From the human T2T-CHM13v2.0 reference genome, Homo sapiens: a stretch of DNA of 64,000 nucleotides. This document shows, one piece after another, positions 11,542 through 23,732 of the stretch (positions within the stretch are counted from its first letter, which is position 1; each line of letters opens with the position of its first letter). The notes under the pieces are model-generated. The model ran no database searches. It was not told the origin of the DNA and saw only the letters and a list, made by a program, of their open reading frames with translations. The stretch lies in assembly GCF_009914755.1 (NCBI RefSeq), contig NC_060926.1; one strand, given 5' to 3'. Both the position numbers and the translations under genes were made by a program.

Positions 11542-13406
11542 ACATTCTAGGTTATCTATACTGTTTTAATTTTAAAGACCTTTGATGTTTTTCTCTTCTT
11601 CAACATTCCCTTTTTCAGCTTCTCATTGATATTTTCCAAATAGCTCTTTACAAAATGCACGCTTTCAAACCCAGAGGACCTAGAACATATTTTGTTCATT
11701 TTCTAGACAGAGTAAATTTTGTTATATACTATGCAATGTGTGAGCTACAGTGGATGTAATGAACTTGTATATGGTAAACTCTGAAGATGTTTCATTACCA
11801 GGGAGAAAATGGCCTGTGAGTGGACACACAGAAATGTACACACACAAGCATACACAAATACAAACTTCCTTTCTAAATTATAAACAGGAGGGTGAGTGTA
11901 GATGCCTGATTTAGGTCCTGCCTCAGGCATGGGGCTGTCTTTATGCAGCCAACCTATGGGCATCTCTTTGAGGGCACCTCAAGAGTGTGTACTCATAAGG
12001 GACTGTCCTGAAGTGTGGATGCCCTGAGATTTAGTAGAGACAATGTTGCCTACAAGAACAGTTAGAGGCATTAAATGGCAGGGGATTTTTGGACAGCACG
12101 AAGTCATTACATCTGGGAAGAATAAACAAGAGATCAGTCATTTGGTAATTGGTGTCACAAGGACATTTGGCCAAAATCCTGCTGGCCTAGTCAGTCTTAT
12201 ATTCATTATTTATACATTTTTTTAAAAGTCATTTATAACTCATATAATTATGTGCCAAAAGGGTACACTGTTCCACAATTTGGGTTAGGCCATTTTCAAC
12301 AAATGCTCTAGTCATATTAGAATACTAGAGAACCACTCTGGGTGTTGTTCCATGGAGGTTTCTGGACCTGGTAGCTCCTATCTGTCAGAATCAAGCTCTG
12401 GTGGCTTGAGAGGCTGATGCCATTGGCCTTTATCCATCCAATCCCCTTATAAGATGATGCTTTTATTCTGACAGTTGGGTTGCAAGACCAAAGCAACTAG
12501 CATAACATCTGGTAGAAAGCAAGAAACTAAGATCCTTGTGTTTTTCTGACAACAAAGGCAAAAATCAAACAACAACCATAAAACACCAAAATTGTCAGTG
12601 CTATCATTCCCTGCTAACAAGAAAAATAGGGGGACAGGAAAGGCAAACTTTTTCCTAGCAGCAACTTTTAAGAGGCAATCATCACAGATATCTTTATGTA
12701 AGGGATGTGGAACAATGGAAGGAATACTCTCTTCGTAGCATTTTTATAGAAAGCATAGAAACATGTTTTATTTGGTCATTTTTTATATGGCCCCTCAATA
12801 AAAGAAAATGACATCCTCTTAAATAGCCATTCCCTGGTGGCAGTTTTACAGGTATGAGAGTAATGGTATTTAGACCTTAAGCTTTTGGTGATCTGACCTG
12901 ATACGGGACTAGGTTGCTGATATTGACGTAGAAGAGATGAGGCTGCACTGCTGTCTCGAATACTGTTTGTTTCCTCGGCAGGGCTGGGGACAAGACTTGG
13001 TTCATGAATTCCAGACAGAGGGCTCAGGGAGGGATCTGGACTACACGAACTGAGCCCTCTCTTGGGCAATCCTCACTCCATGGACTTCTTTTCTCTCTTT
13101 TTTCTTCTCTTAGCCTTTTAACTCTCCAGCATCTTTTCTTTTAACCTTCTCCTTTGCCTAGGCACATCATCACCCCTGAAGGCATTGCCGTGAAACGTCA
13201 CTGCCACATGTGCTGGAATCTTGCTGCAAAGCTGGCACCTTCTGAGGCCTGAACTGGCTCTGTGAATGGAGTCTGGAGTGTTAACTTGAGTTACTGGGCA
13301 AAATAATTCAAGTTTACCGTGTTTATTACAATCACTGTCTCTCTCAAATTATCATAAAAGAGAAACTGGAAATGAGTGAATCTCAGTAAGTCAGATAGTC
13401 CTTAAA

Positions 13407-13828
13407 GTGGCGAACTGTGTTCCCTAAAAAGATACATTGAAGTTCTAACCCCTAGTACTTGTGAAAGTGACTTTTGTGGAAATGTAACAAAGTCAAGATA
13501 AGGTCATAGTTGATTAAGGTAGACCCAATTAAGGTGTCCTTACAAGAGAGGAATTTGGACACAGACACACAGGGAGGATGCTATTTGAAGACGGGGGCAA
13601 AGAATGGAGTGACGCAGCTACAAGTCAAGGAAGGCCGAGGATTGCTGGTGACCAGCAGAAACTGGAGGAGGCCAAAAAGGACCCTCCCCTAGAGCCTTCA
13701 GAGGGAACATGGCTTGGCAGACTTATTTCAGACTTCTAGCTTCCTGCACCAAGAGAATTTAAATTTCAATTGTGTCAAGCCGCCGAGTTTGTGGTACTTT
13801 GTTACTGCAGTGCTAGCAAGCTCCTACA
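13407..13828 (+). mobile_element. MaLR solo LTR (MLT1C-like)
   Basis: gttccctaaaaagatacattgaagttctaaccc...ccctagagccttcagaggga...agtttgtggtactttgttactgcag. Confidence 0.85.
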
Positions 13829-14904
13829 ATCCCCTTATAGCACTTTAAGTATAAGAGATGTCCAAGTGGAGAAGCTGAAAGTGTCTGAGATTGGGCAGAA
13901 TTTACTTTTTGCAAGCCCATGACTGTTTGGAGATCAGCATGAACTATTAAATATAATGCTATTAATAACAGTAATGATATAACCTCATCAAATGCACAAC
14001 GAGCCCATGCTCTGCCATTGGAAGATTTTCACTGTTCCATGTCCTGCCACGAGGACATGGCAGATTTGCCTTAGAAAGGGCGGCCTCCTTATGCTTCCCT
14101 GCACCAGGAAGGAATCAGGAGAGCGTTACCTAACGCTTACCTTTCAAGGACATCCTGAAGATTCGTATCTCCGTAATAGGTGTCCAAGAAATTGGAGCTT
14201 TCTGGAGAGCTGTCACTAGCTAAATATAAAGTCTGTTATTATCCTCGCCAAACCTTGGCAATCCTTTGTCACTTTTCTTTTGAAAAGAAAATTATACTTA
14301 CCCAAAGCATTTCATTACCACCTGAACCGTCTGTTCCATATAAATTTAGACACCTAAACTTATATAACCCCACGGCCAAATGTGTTGGAGTTAGGAGCTC
14401 AGGGCACCTGTAATATTGCTATTACAGAAAATAAATTTTGGCATGTGGTCTTGCATTGACTGTTCAGTCTCAGCTCCAAATCATCTCTATTTAGAGAGAT
14501 CCCTTCAAACTGTTTTTTGGGGTGGTTTGCCTACATTTGTCTATGTTGCCCACAGTAGTTTATGCCAGGTAGATCTTATAGACTTACTAAATGAGAATTA
14601 TACCACCATCTACCTGAATATTTGGGATTCCTTCTTTACATATGAAAAGGAAAGTCTCGTTTAAGGAGGCATGGTTGCCAGTCCTTTTTGATTAGCTAAG
14701 CATGTCCACGGGTATGTGGCTGAAGAGCAGGAAAGCCCCCTGGACCCTGCAAGTCCCCCTCTTGTAGCACTTTCAAAGAGTCAGTTGAACAGCATCAGCA
14801 AGGTTCTGTCTTTCTTTTAAGGTCATGTGTCAGTTTCTCCCAGTCCCTAATCTCTTTGTGCAAGAGTGTGGATCTAGATGACAACATCAACCCTATCCTT
14901 GGCA

Positions 14905-15050
14905 CATGCATTGTTGCCTCAATTTCCTTGTATACAAAATGGGCAAGTAATACCTAGCTCAGGATTACTGTGTGAATTAAGTGAGCTAATTCTGTTAAAG
15001 AAGTTAACCTGATTCCTTTTACACAGTACGTGTTTGATAAATGTTAGGTA
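14905..15050 (+). mobile_element. MIR fragment
   Basis: gcctcaatttccttgtatacaaaatgggc...tacctagctcaggattactgtgtgaattaagtgag. Confidence 0.65.
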
Positions 15051-15394
15051 TTAGAAGAAAGAGGAAGTGATGGAGGAGGAAAAGGAAAAAGGAGGACGAG
15101 GAAGAAGAGAAGCAGGAGGAGGGTATTATTATTAGTGGAGGTAGCAGTAATGCTTTTTGCAGGTTACCTTGGTGAGACTTGGCTAGCAGCAGAGAATGCA
15201 GTACAGGTAACAAACTGGACACAGATTAAAGTCTTTTTGTTGAATTTTTGGGATGTATCAAGAATGTCAGTCAACTGACAACAAGCTTACCAGTCACTTT
15301 CAACTGTGCCAGTTATCCCAAGTAAAAGACTGAATGGTATCAGGACCATGTGAGGCCAGAAGTCATGCTGCAACTGCCATACCTGTCACTCACT

Positions 15395-15904
15395 TTAATA
15401 GGCAGAATAATGGCCTCCTAAAGATGTCCATGTCCTAATTCCAGCAACCTGGAATATGTCATGTTATATGGCAAAGGGGAATTATGGTAGAAGATGGGAT
15501 TAAGGTTGACAATCATCCGATCTTAAAATAGGGAAAGTAGTGTACACTATGCAGGTGGGCCATGTATAATCACGAGGATCCTTAAATGTGGAAGAAAGAG
15601 ACACAAAAGTCAACCCAGAGTGATGCAATGTGAAAAAGACTTGACTGATGACTGCTGGCTTTGAAGATGGGAGGGAGCCATGAGCTAAGGAACGTGGACA
15701 GCCTCTAGGAGCTGGAAAAGGCGAGGAAATAGTTAACCCCTATTACCTCCTTAAAGGAACTCAGTTCTACTGACACCTTTGTTTGAGCCCTGGGAAACTC
15801 ATTTTGTACTTCCAACTTCCAGACATGTAAGATAATAAATTTGTGTTGTTGTAAGCCACTACATTTGTGGTAATTTGTTACAGCAGCCACAGGAAACTTA
15901 TCTA
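15395..15904 (+). mobile_element. MaLR solo LTR (MLT1D-like)
   Basis: ggcagaataatggcctcctaaagatgtccatgtcctaat...tgtaagataataaatttgtgttgttgtaagccactac...gcagccacaggaaact. Confidence 0.9.
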
Positions 15905-17257
15905 TCAATAATCAGACTGAACTACATCCCAGCCAACCCCAAGTCCAGGGCTATGATCCCTCAGTAAGCTCAAGAGTAGTTCATCAAAAAATTATCCTCG
16001 TCAGTTAAGGAAATAGCAGGGCTTCTAAAAGGAGCAATGTTCTTGATGGGGTGGGCAGATGAGGAACAAAGCTTGAAGACAGAAGAATGAGCATGTGACC
16101 CTTTCTCTCCCCTTGGACTCTCTAGATCCCCTTTCTTCCTGCCAATACCCCAGGAGCTCTCCTGTTCCCCTCCTTTGGAGGCTACTTCAATTTGTTTGAG
16201 TGAAAAATCCTAAAAATTCTGGGAAAGTGAGCACTGGGAATGTCCCTGGAGCTAGTCTGAGCCCTGCATCTGTGGACTCTCATTTCATGGAAAGGTTTAG
16301 AGAAAGGTTCATCTTACTGATTTCAGGGGACATTGGAGTATATCCCCATTAATGCCAAAACCTCATTTCAGATATTAGATAGGAGAGTATTTTACAAATT
16401 CTCATGCAAATGTAGGTGCTGTTGGCATTGTTGAAGGCTTAAGTATTATTAAGTGGTATTATTATTGTAATATTAGCATAGAATGTGGGAGAATTAAGGG
16501 GATTATGTATTATATTAATTAGCAACAATTTATGCTTTCAGAAATACTCTTAATTATTAAAATCTCTGTCTTGGGGGAAATCAGCTAACACCAGGTTATA
16601 AAATAAGTACATGGTATGACCCCTTTTCTGCATTTAGTAGTTCTGTTTTAGAAGCATGTTTATCTTATTTTATACTGGGATTCTATACAATTAATTGTGA
16701 GTTTGACCTCAATGGAACATTTTTAAAGTAAGTTTATTCTTATGGGAAATTCAGCAGGAGGTGTATACATAAAAACAAACTGAACACAAACTCCTTTGCA
16801 ATGAACACTCTTTCAGAATCTCTTCCTTCATTCCCATCCCCTCTTTCCCTTATACCTACCTACACCTCATCCCACTGCTATTGCAAACTTTATAGTGACT
16901 ATGATAAGATTTTTGAAAGGTTCCTATACAACATAATAGCATACTGTTTGGATAAATCAACAAGTAGTTGCAGAGCATTTATCTTAATTTTGCCATTCCA
17001 TGGACAATACTTACCAAACTATTGCACATCAGGTAGTACACGTAAAATGTCTGTGGCCCACTGGAGTAAAGGGTAAAGGCAGCTCCCAGGGACAGGGGAC
17101 AAATCTAGAAGCTATAACTACCTCAAGCCCCACCTAGCTGTCCCTGGGACAAAGATGATTAATACCTGGGAACACCTTTAACCACCTGGGACATATCACA
17201 TACCCTGGTTGGAAAGATCCAGGACAAACAGTAAAAAGTAAGACCATGGAAAGGTTG

Positions 17258-17580
17258 CATGGCATAGTAGTTAACCAGTGGGTTCTATAGTCAAGTCTAA
17301 CTTCTTCCATTGTTAGCTCTGTGGCCATGGGCAATACACTTACTGATCTCTAACTCGGTTTTATTATTTGTAAAATGTGGATGTGAGGCACGGCACCTAC
17401 TTTCTAGAGTTGCTATGAGGGTTATAGTTGTAAAGTGCTTAGAACAGTGCCTGGTATACAGTGAGCTCTACATGAATGATTAGAGTCCAGAGGTCTGGTT
17501 TCAAGTCCTAATCCATGCCTTATGACCTTGAACAAGTTGTTTTGCCTCTCCCAGCCACATTTTTATAACCCGTAAATGAA
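17258..17580 (+). mobile_element. Two tandem MIR fragments
   Basis: First copy ends tgtaaagtgcttagaacagtgcctggtatacagtgagctc. Second has ctggtttcaagtcct...tgaccttgaacaagt. Confidence 0.7.
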
Positions 17581-19054
17581 CAAACATTTGTAAACTTACT
17601 TCACTGTTAGAGCACCCCTTATCCCAGTTCTCCTCGGAGAGTCATGTTATACATGTTACAGAGCCCGCCCTCATTTGCTCTGAGAAAGGTTTTGAAAGGT
17701 GTCCCAGTTTGATAATGATTGTATTGTCATCCACATATTTTTTGCAATGTTAATACACAGTAAGCCCGGCAACCCAGAGGTTATGGTTGTCCCAGGTAAG
17801 AGCTGTTTTGGGGAGTGGTTGGAATAAAAGCTCAAGGGCAGATAGTCTTTGAAGGTACAGGAATGAGACAATGCACCTGGAGTCTAGGTCCAGGCTAGAT
17901 CCATGAATGTAGATGATGATATACAGGAGGAAAAGGAGGCATAAACGAGAGGGAAATGTGGTTGAAGAAATATTGGAGTTTGTGCTGTGCTAAGATAGAG
18001 ATGCAAGTGTATCCATGCACTGAAAGCAAGGCACTAGTACAGAGCACAGGGCTCAGAAACAGAAGAGAAAATAGATGACTGATGGAGTTAGATGCCAAAG
18101 GTGATGGAAGGGAAGTGTAAGATCTCAAATCCTCTCTCCAGGAATCAGTGAATTTTATATTGGCAACTGGATGTCTTAATTGAGCTCTCCAATTTCAATG
18201 ATGCCCACAAAAGAGGTAAGCACATGTTAAATTCTAGGCTATCCCCAGTTGGTTTCTGCACTTGCAGTTGGTAAAGATAGAAAAGCAAAATGATAGAGAT
18301 TGATTTCATTCTTCTCAGGAGGCTTGGCTGACACTGATAATGCAGTTGATACTATAATTACTCTGGGAGTCCTTGGGCCAGAACTCTCCTGGAGCCACCT
18401 TCTGGGCAATCTCATGGGACTGTCACTCCTCACAGGGCTTGAGCCATCCCCCCACCCCAGGAAAACATACCCACCAGGCAGATCTGCAATTCTTTCAAGC
18501 CTGCAAGTTTCTTAATCAAACATGTCTAAAACAGGTTTAACAGGCATTACTTCTACGAATATTTATTCCACGCTGCTCTTCTGCTCTTCTGACTGTAGGT
18601 CCCATCATGTTCCAGTTTCTTCAGGGTCTCTCCAGATCAGTCTCTGTCATCAGAGAGGACTATGAATTACCTCATTCTGGCCTCTACTGTCCTGAAATTG
18701 GCAACTGATTGCTCTGATGTACTCACTGCTGCCTTTTCTCAACTTTTCATGTAACTGCTGATCTGCAAGGCCTGGGGCAACAGAAGAGGCATACATGCAT
18801 TGATTGATTGATTCTTTGATTTATTCATTCACAAAGTATGTCAGGCCCTGTGCTGTGCACTAGAGATTCATGGATGATGACACAGAGCCTTCAAGGAGCA
18901 CAATGTTCAGTGTACAAATCGGTCCTTCTGGAATGACTGGAATTACTCCTACCTGTAGAACCACCTCCAATTTCCCAAAACACACTATGCCTACATCTCT
19001 CCTTGGAAATCTTCTTTATTTCACTCTTCTTTCTCCCCACAAAGTTTATAATCC

Positions 19055-19640
19055 CCCCATATCAGTTAATTTGTTTTATGTTGCATATAATAGAAAAACA
19101 ATATATCTAATTTAAATAATGAAAAAATGTTTTGGTTCGCATAATGGGAAGCCCAGAAGCAGAGCAGGCTTCCTGGTTGTCTGAGCCTAGCATCATGGGC
19201 TATTTTTCTGCGAGTCACTCAGCTCTTTTCCTCTATGCACTGAGTTCACTTTCAGGCTCACAGAGGCAAAATCACTGTGGTATTTCCCAGAGGCTAAAAG
19301 AGAGAAGGAAGCAACTCCCCAAGTTCTCCAACACATTTCTCTCTCACTTCTCAATGATCTGAAATGGATCATGAGGTCATTAGAAAATTAATCCCCATGG
19401 CCAGAAGACAGCCATGGATGGATGGATGGATGGATGGATGGATGGATGGATGGATGGATGGACTGATTGATTGATTTAGGCCTGGGTAGCACATATCAAT
19501 TACTATTCTAAGGCAGTAATATTGCCTGTATTGGAATTAGGCAACTTAGGGCCCATTCCTCAAGCTGAGGATAAAGGCAGTTCTCAGGACCTCATGGCCA
19601 TCCTATGGAGGAAGGGATGCAGAATGGATTCCAACTGATC
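19055..19640 (-). mobile_element. Old MaLR LTR (MLT1J/K-like) containing an ATGG STR
   Basis: tcagttaatttgttttatgttgcatataatagaaaa...tggttcgcataatgggaagcccag...ccccatggccagaag. Confidence 0.5.
19414..19462 (+). repeat. (ATGG)~12 STR
   Basis: Perfect atggatgg... run. Confidence 0.95.
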
Positions 19641-20959
19641 ATAGGTTAATGGCAGGAGTACAATGTGGGAACTGGAACACTCTCTATTGCTCTAAATCTG
19701 ACTTGAGTGGGAGAAAATACCTATCACTTCTGAAAGCAAAATCTCCACAGGATCCAGGCTCCAGTTGCTGGACAGAAGGGCCTTAGGACACTAGATCTCC
19801 TTTCAGGATAGTCCCTCCCACTGCACTTTCCTGTTCTCAAAGATATCCAGGATATTTGTTCCAGGCAATGCTAAGAGGCAGTTCAAAAACATGACTGAAT
19901 TATTCCTAAGATGTTTTATTTTTCTGCTGGTAGAGGGGCCTCTGAAGCCAGAATGAAATACTTTCTATGTTGCCTCAGTTAGAGAGCTTTGTTTTCAATC
20001 CGTGCCACACACTTTTTCTCATAGGGCAAAGAGACAATTTCAGAATCATCCCACATCTGTTGTCTTATTTTCATGTAAAGGTTAAAGGAAAGACTCTGTC
20101 TTGGAAAGCATTTTCTCATTATAAGTGTGGGAGCCAGGATTATGAGATTTCCTAACGAGAACCTGTGAGCAATCAGGTAGTGAAGAAGACCGTGGGTGTG
20201 CATCATAGCCTTGCCAGAGGACTGCGAGACTGCAAGAAACTCTCCAGCATGAAGCCAAGAGGCTTCCCAGGGGATGATGTGGTGGCCTGGGTCATTCTGC
20301 AGAGGGAAGTCATCTGCTCCGCTCTGAAAAGGAGCTCTGTGTGGGAAAAAGTCTTCCAGTGGTGGAGATCATGATGTAGCCAAAGATTATCAGAACAGGA
20401 GGAAACTTTGGAGGTCATCCCACCGTCTTTCAAAAACTAAAGTCAAGAGAGGTTAAGCAGCTCCTCCAAGACCACTTTCCTAAGGGAGTAACAGTTTGGA
20501 GGAGTCAAAGATGAAAAGAAAATAGGAAGTGTCACACTGTGATTGGGCAGAACCAGAACAGCGCTGGGCCAGGCCTGTAACAGACCTCTGAAAACTAGGG
20601 TTGGCACCAAAAATGGATAATGACATTCAGAGAACAGGTCACTGGAGGCCATTCCAGAGTGAGTCAGATCTTAGTTTCGGACAGGAGGCTAGTTCTGGAA
20701 CCAATGTGGGTAGCAAGAATCCAAGGACTTCCGCCAAGTGGCTTCCCTGCTGCCCAGCCACGTTTTATCAGCTGAATTTCTCTTGTATCAGCAGCTCTCC
20801 TGCTGAGGTATTTTCAGGGCATTTTGTTTTCAGTCCTAAAGATTCCACCCAGAGAGGGAGGAAGAAGGAGAATGTGCAAGTATTTGAGGGCCACTTTTGT
20901 GCTCAGCTCTGTGCTGTTGATCACGTGCTCCCTGTGGTACCCTCTTGTCCCTCCTCCTC

Positions 20960-22503
20960 CACACACGCCACACACATACATTCACACACACTCGCACTCA
21001 ACATGAACCTGTGCACACTCATAAAAAGCTACACTACACCCACACACTTATACACTCATGCACACTCACACTCGCAAACATGCACATGTGCTCACTCATA
21101 CACATCTACACCCACACGCTCATATACTCACACTCTCACACGTGCACATGCACACACTGATACACAGCTATGCCCACACACTCATACACACACTAGCACT
21201 CTCACACATGCACATGTGCACACTCATTCATACATAGCTACACCCACACACTCATACACATACTCGCACTCACACATGTGCACACTCACTTATAAACAGT
21301 TACACCCACACATTCATATATTCCCACACTTGCATACATCCACACATGCATGTGCTCACATTCATACACAGCTACTCTTATACACTTGAACTCTCACACA
21401 TGCACATGTGCACCCTCATAAACAGCTACACCCACTCATACACACTTGCATACACTCACACATGCATGTACACACACACTCATGTACAGCTACACACACA
21501 ACTCTCATACACTCACGCACACTCATACTCACACATATACACCTACACTCTCATACACACACACACACAAACATGTGCACACTCATAAACAGCCACATCC
21601 ACACACATACACACACTTACATACTCACACATGCATATGTACACACACACTCATGCACAGCTACACTTACACATTCTCATACGTTCATGCACTTTCACTC
21701 CCACACATGCACTCACACACTTGCACACTTGCACTCACACATGCATGTGCACACACTCATACACAGCTACTCACATTCATATACATACGTGCATGTGTGC
21801 ATACTCACACTCATATACACAGCCACCCACACACTCACATACTCATACACACACACACATGCATGTTCACACACTCATACCCAGCTACACCCACACTCTC
21901 ATACACTCCTGCACACTTACACTCTCACATGTGTGTGCATACACTCATACACAGCTACACACACTCATACACATGTGCACGTGTGCACACTCCCACTCAT
22001 ATACACAGTCACCCACATACATACTCTCATACAGTTGCACACACGCATGTGTACACACTCATACCCAGCTACACCCACACTCTCATACACTCATGCACAC
22101 TTACACTCACATGCATGTGCACACATACACAGCTACACACATACGTGCACATGTGCACACTCACGATCATATACACAGCTACCCATGCACACTCACATGC
22201 TCTCATACACACACACGGATGTGTGCACAAATACACAGCTGCACCCACATTCACTCACACTTGCACACTCACACTCACACATGCCCATGCACACACTCTC
22301 AGCCACACGCTCAGCCACACACTCACGTCTCTCATGCACTCACACACCCACTTGCACTCACACACATGCACACATCCACACTCATGCACAGCCACACTCT
22401 CATACGCTCACATGCACCCACAATCTCACACATGCACATGTGCACACTCACACTTATATACAGCCACACTCACATCTCTCACACACGTTCACCTCACTCC
22501 CAC
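20960..22503 (+). repeat. CA-rich degenerate minisatellite, ~55-70-bp unit, roughly 20-25 copies
   Basis: Recurrent motif ctcatacacagctacacccacac...gcactcacacatgca(ca)tgtg. Strongly C/A-rich, G-poor top strand. Confidence 0.9.
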
Positions 22504-22899
22504 TCTTTAATTTGTTTTGTTAGTTCTCTTGTCCCTGAGTATATCTGGGTTTATGTGTCACATTTTCAAATCCCCGTAGCTCTTCTTAGCAAAAAGGAGT
22601 TAAAACAATGATCTTCCCTCATTCCTACAGAGAGGCTGGGCTTGAGATTTTTATGTCACTCATTTCAAGAGTAATTCCAGATATCTACTAGAAAAAAAGT
22701 GTTCTGTCAGGTTGGGGCTCTAGAGAGTGGGGTGCAAAAATAATTATCAAAGAGGAAGAAATAGCTTAAAGCACATGCCTATACAACTCCAATGTATGGA
22801 AGAACTAACACCTGCTTAAAATTAGCTTTGAGGATACCAAAGAAAGAAATAAAACACGTCTTTTTTTAATATCCGATATTTATAAAGTAGATAACTTAT

Positions 22900-23060
22900 T
22901 CAATGCCCATTATAAGCAGGCAGAGTGCTAAATGCTCCATATTTTTCCATTTAATCCTGACAACCCATGAAGTAGCAGTTCTTGATTATTTTTATTTTAC
23001 AAATGAAGAAATTGAGGCTGAAGGAACTTGCTGAGATCACAGGGCAGGTGAAAATGTCAA
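22900..23060 (-). mobile_element. MIR
   Basis: catttaatcctgacaacccatgaagtag...attttacaaatgaagaaattgaggctg...acttgctgagatcacag. Confidence 0.75.
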
Positions 23061-23103
23061 CATTCTATATATGCAACTTTTCACTATGAGAGGGAGTACT
23101 TCT

Positions 23104-23732
23104 TTTTTTTAATTAATTTATTTATTATTATTATACTTTAAGTTTTAGGGTACATGTGCACAATGTGCAGGTTAGTTACATATGTATACATGTGCCATGC
23201 TGGTGCGCTGCACCCACTAACTCGTCATCTAGCATTATTAAAAAGTCAGGAAACAACAGGTGCTGGAGAGGATGTGGAGAAATAGGAACACTTTTACACT
23301 GTTGGTGGGACTGTAAACTAGTTCAACCATTGTGGAAGTCAGTGTGGCGATTCCTCAGGGATCTAGAACTAGAAATACCATTTGACCCAGCCGTCCCATT
23401 ACTGGGTATATACCCAAAGGACTAGAAATCATGCTGCTATAAAGACACATGCACATGTATGTTTATTGCGGCATTATTTACAATAGCAAAGACTTGGAAC
23501 CAACCCAAATGCCCAACAATGATAGACTGGATTAAGAAAATGTGGCACATATACAGCATGGAATACTATGCAGCCATAAAAAATGATGAGTTCATGTCCT
23601 TTGTAGGGACATGGATGAAATTGGAAATCATCATTCTCAGTAAACTATCGCAAGAACAAAAAACCAGACACCGCATATTCTCACTCATAGGTGGGAATTG
23701 AACAATGAGAACACATGGACACAGGAAGGGGA
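23104..23732 (-). mobile_element. L1PA2 insertion with 5' inversion (twin priming)
   Basis: 23104-23237 is poly-T plus the antisense L1 3' end (GAG-type diagnostic gatgacgagttagtggg). 23237-23732 is the sense-orientation ORF2 C-terminus and 3'UTR. Perfect 16-bp TSD gagagggagtacttct at 23088-23103 and 23731-23746. Confidence 0.95.

Noticed and set aside
13017-13060. Perfect 11-bp inverted repeat agagggctcag/ctgagccctct with a 22-nt loop
   Set aside because: Roughly one such stem is expected by chance in 64 kb, and there is no other support.
20960-22503. CRISPR-like repeat/spacer array
   Set aside because: There are no unique spacers or cas genes, the units are degenerate low-complexity sequence, and the DNA is primate.
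20601-22611. Long His/Thr-rich ORFs (262-371 aa) in all three + frames
   Set aside because: The C/A-rich repeat rarely contains stop codons. Being open in all three frames indicates a compositional artefact, not a gene.
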